From Burkholderiales bacterium (GTDB lineage: Bacteria; Pseudomonadota; Gammaproteobacteria; Burkholderiales; Burkholderiaceae_C): a stretch of 63,240 nt of DNA. Where the stretch lies: contig JBBRNS010000001.1 of the NCBI GenBank assembly GCA_038230175.1, forward strand, positions 1 to 63,240, written 5' to 3'. Positions within the stretch are counted from its first letter, which is position 1. Each line of letters opens with the position of its first letter. Shown here piece by piece: positions 62,214 to 63,240 of this stretch. The notes beneath the pieces are model-generated. The model did not search any database, had not been told where the DNA came from, and saw only the letters and a program-made list of their open reading frames with translations. Made by a program: the position numbers and the translations under genes.

Positions 62214-63035
62214 ATGCACCACCGTACCGTATTTTTTATATCCGATGGCACGGGCATTACCGCCGAAACGTTCGGCAACGCCATTTTGGCGCAGTTCGAA
62301 ACCCGGGCCCGCCATGTGCGCCTGCCCTTTATTGACTCGGTAGACCGTGCCCACCAAGTAGTGCGCCAAATCAACCACACCGGTGTGGTGGATGGGGCAC
62401 GGCCCATTGTGTTTACCACCCTGGTCAACATGGAAGTCCTCAAAGTTATTCAAGATGGCTGCGAGGGAATGCTGCTGGACATGTTTGGCACCTTTGTGCA
62501 CCCGCTGGAGGAAGAGCTCAAGATCAAATCCAACCACCGCATCGGTCGGTTTAGTGACGCGAGCAAGAGCAAAGAATACCAAAACCGTATCGAGGCCATC
62601 AATTTTTCGCTGGCCCACGATGACGGACAAAGCAACCGCGACTTGGAGCACTCTGATGTCATTTTGGTGGGAGTAAGCCGCAGCGGCAAAACACCCACCT
62701 CGCTCTACTTGGCCATGCAATATGGGCTCAAAGCCTCCAACTACCCTCTGATTCCAGAGGACTTTGAACGCCGTCAAATTCCCCCAGCCTTGGTGCCGCA
62801 CAAGACGAAGATATTTGGACTAACCATATCGCCAGAGCGCCTGAGCGAAATCCGCAATGAGCGGCGCCCCAACTCGCGCTACGCATCGTTAGAGAACTGC
62901 AGAATGGAGGTTAGTGAGGCCGAGGCCATGATGCGTCGCACCGGCATTCGGTGGCTATCGACCACCACCAAGTCGATCGAAGAGATTGCCACCACCATCC
63001 TGCAAGAGATTCACCCCGGGAGATTGACGTATTGA
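62214..63035 (+). CDS. ppsR: PEP synthase regulatory protein (DUF299)
   Basis: [24 protein letters not shown]; divergent from ppsA. Confidence 0.95.
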   Translation: MHHRTVFFISDGTGITAETFGNAILAQFETRARHVRLPFIDSVDRAHQVVRQINHTGVVDGARPIVFTTLVNMEVLKVIQDGCEGMLLDMFGTFVHPLEEELKIKSNHRIGRFSDASKSKEYQNRIEAINFSLAHDDGQSNRDLEHSDVILVGVSRSGKTPTSLYLAMQYGLKASNYPLIPEDFERRQIPPALVPHKTKIFGLTISPERLSEIRNERRPNSRYASLENCRMEVSEAEAMMRRTGIRWLSTTTKSIEEIATTILQEIHPGRLTY

Positions 63036-63098
63036 TGCTATTATTTATATAGCATCAAGCCTATATTCTATGAGGGATAAGTGCCAATTTCGATAGAA
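63036..63098 (+). repeat. Dispersed repeat copy H (degenerate)
   Basis: TGCTAT-N7-ATAGC-(ATCAAGCCT)-ATATTCTA-TGAGGGATAA-GTGCCAATTT; starts right after the ppsR stop. Confidence 0.7.
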
Positions 63099-63103
63099 TA
63101 TTC

Positions 63104-63240
63104 GTAACTACTCAGCTCCCAATGAGTCAGGCCATCGTCCGCTATGAAATAGTGAGCGACAATGCGTTGTAATGCCAAACCTGCCCGATCTCAGCCAACT
63201 TAGTCATGCGCAAAAGGACGAGTTGATCAGGATGCTATGG
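63104..63240 (+). mobile_element. Left end of an IS66-family (ISBst12-like) element with transposase start at 63172
   Basis: Terminal GTAACTACTCAG; ORF MPNLPDLSQLSHAQKDELIRMLW runs off window. Confidence 0.75.

Overview
Chromosomal window (about 60% GC by eye) from a betaproteobacterium; gene content and order point to Comamonadaceae (Rhodoferax-like, inferred). 1-11.8 kb is a copper island. A divergent promoter with a cop box separates copI-cusF-tolC-multicopper oxidase-copRS (plus strand) from copG, a Tat/His-rich CuA subunit II, a heme-copper-oxidase subunit I homologue and a small membrane protein (minus strand). The subunit I has a rebuilt active site: the high-spin-heme His and one CuB His are both Tyr, and two extra His appear in helix VI. 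This is the best candidate for an undescribed system. The rest is mostly core genome: addAB, trxA-rho-rpmE, a Pho regulon block (pstSCAB-phoU-phoBR, ppx, sixA, ppk1, olsB-plcP-glycosyltransferase, long pyruvate kinase) with several Pho boxes, moa/moe, thrC-hom-alaA, bcp, PIN-PhoH, dnaB, rpsF-priB-rpsR-rplI, a fused sodium:solute symporter, ppsA/ppsR and the left end of an IS66. A fixed-geometry ~65-bp dispersed repeat occurs 8 times. One copy encodes the CopI signal peptide, one is in-frame inside AddA, and one supplies a stop codon. All calls come from reading motifs by eye; no searches were run.
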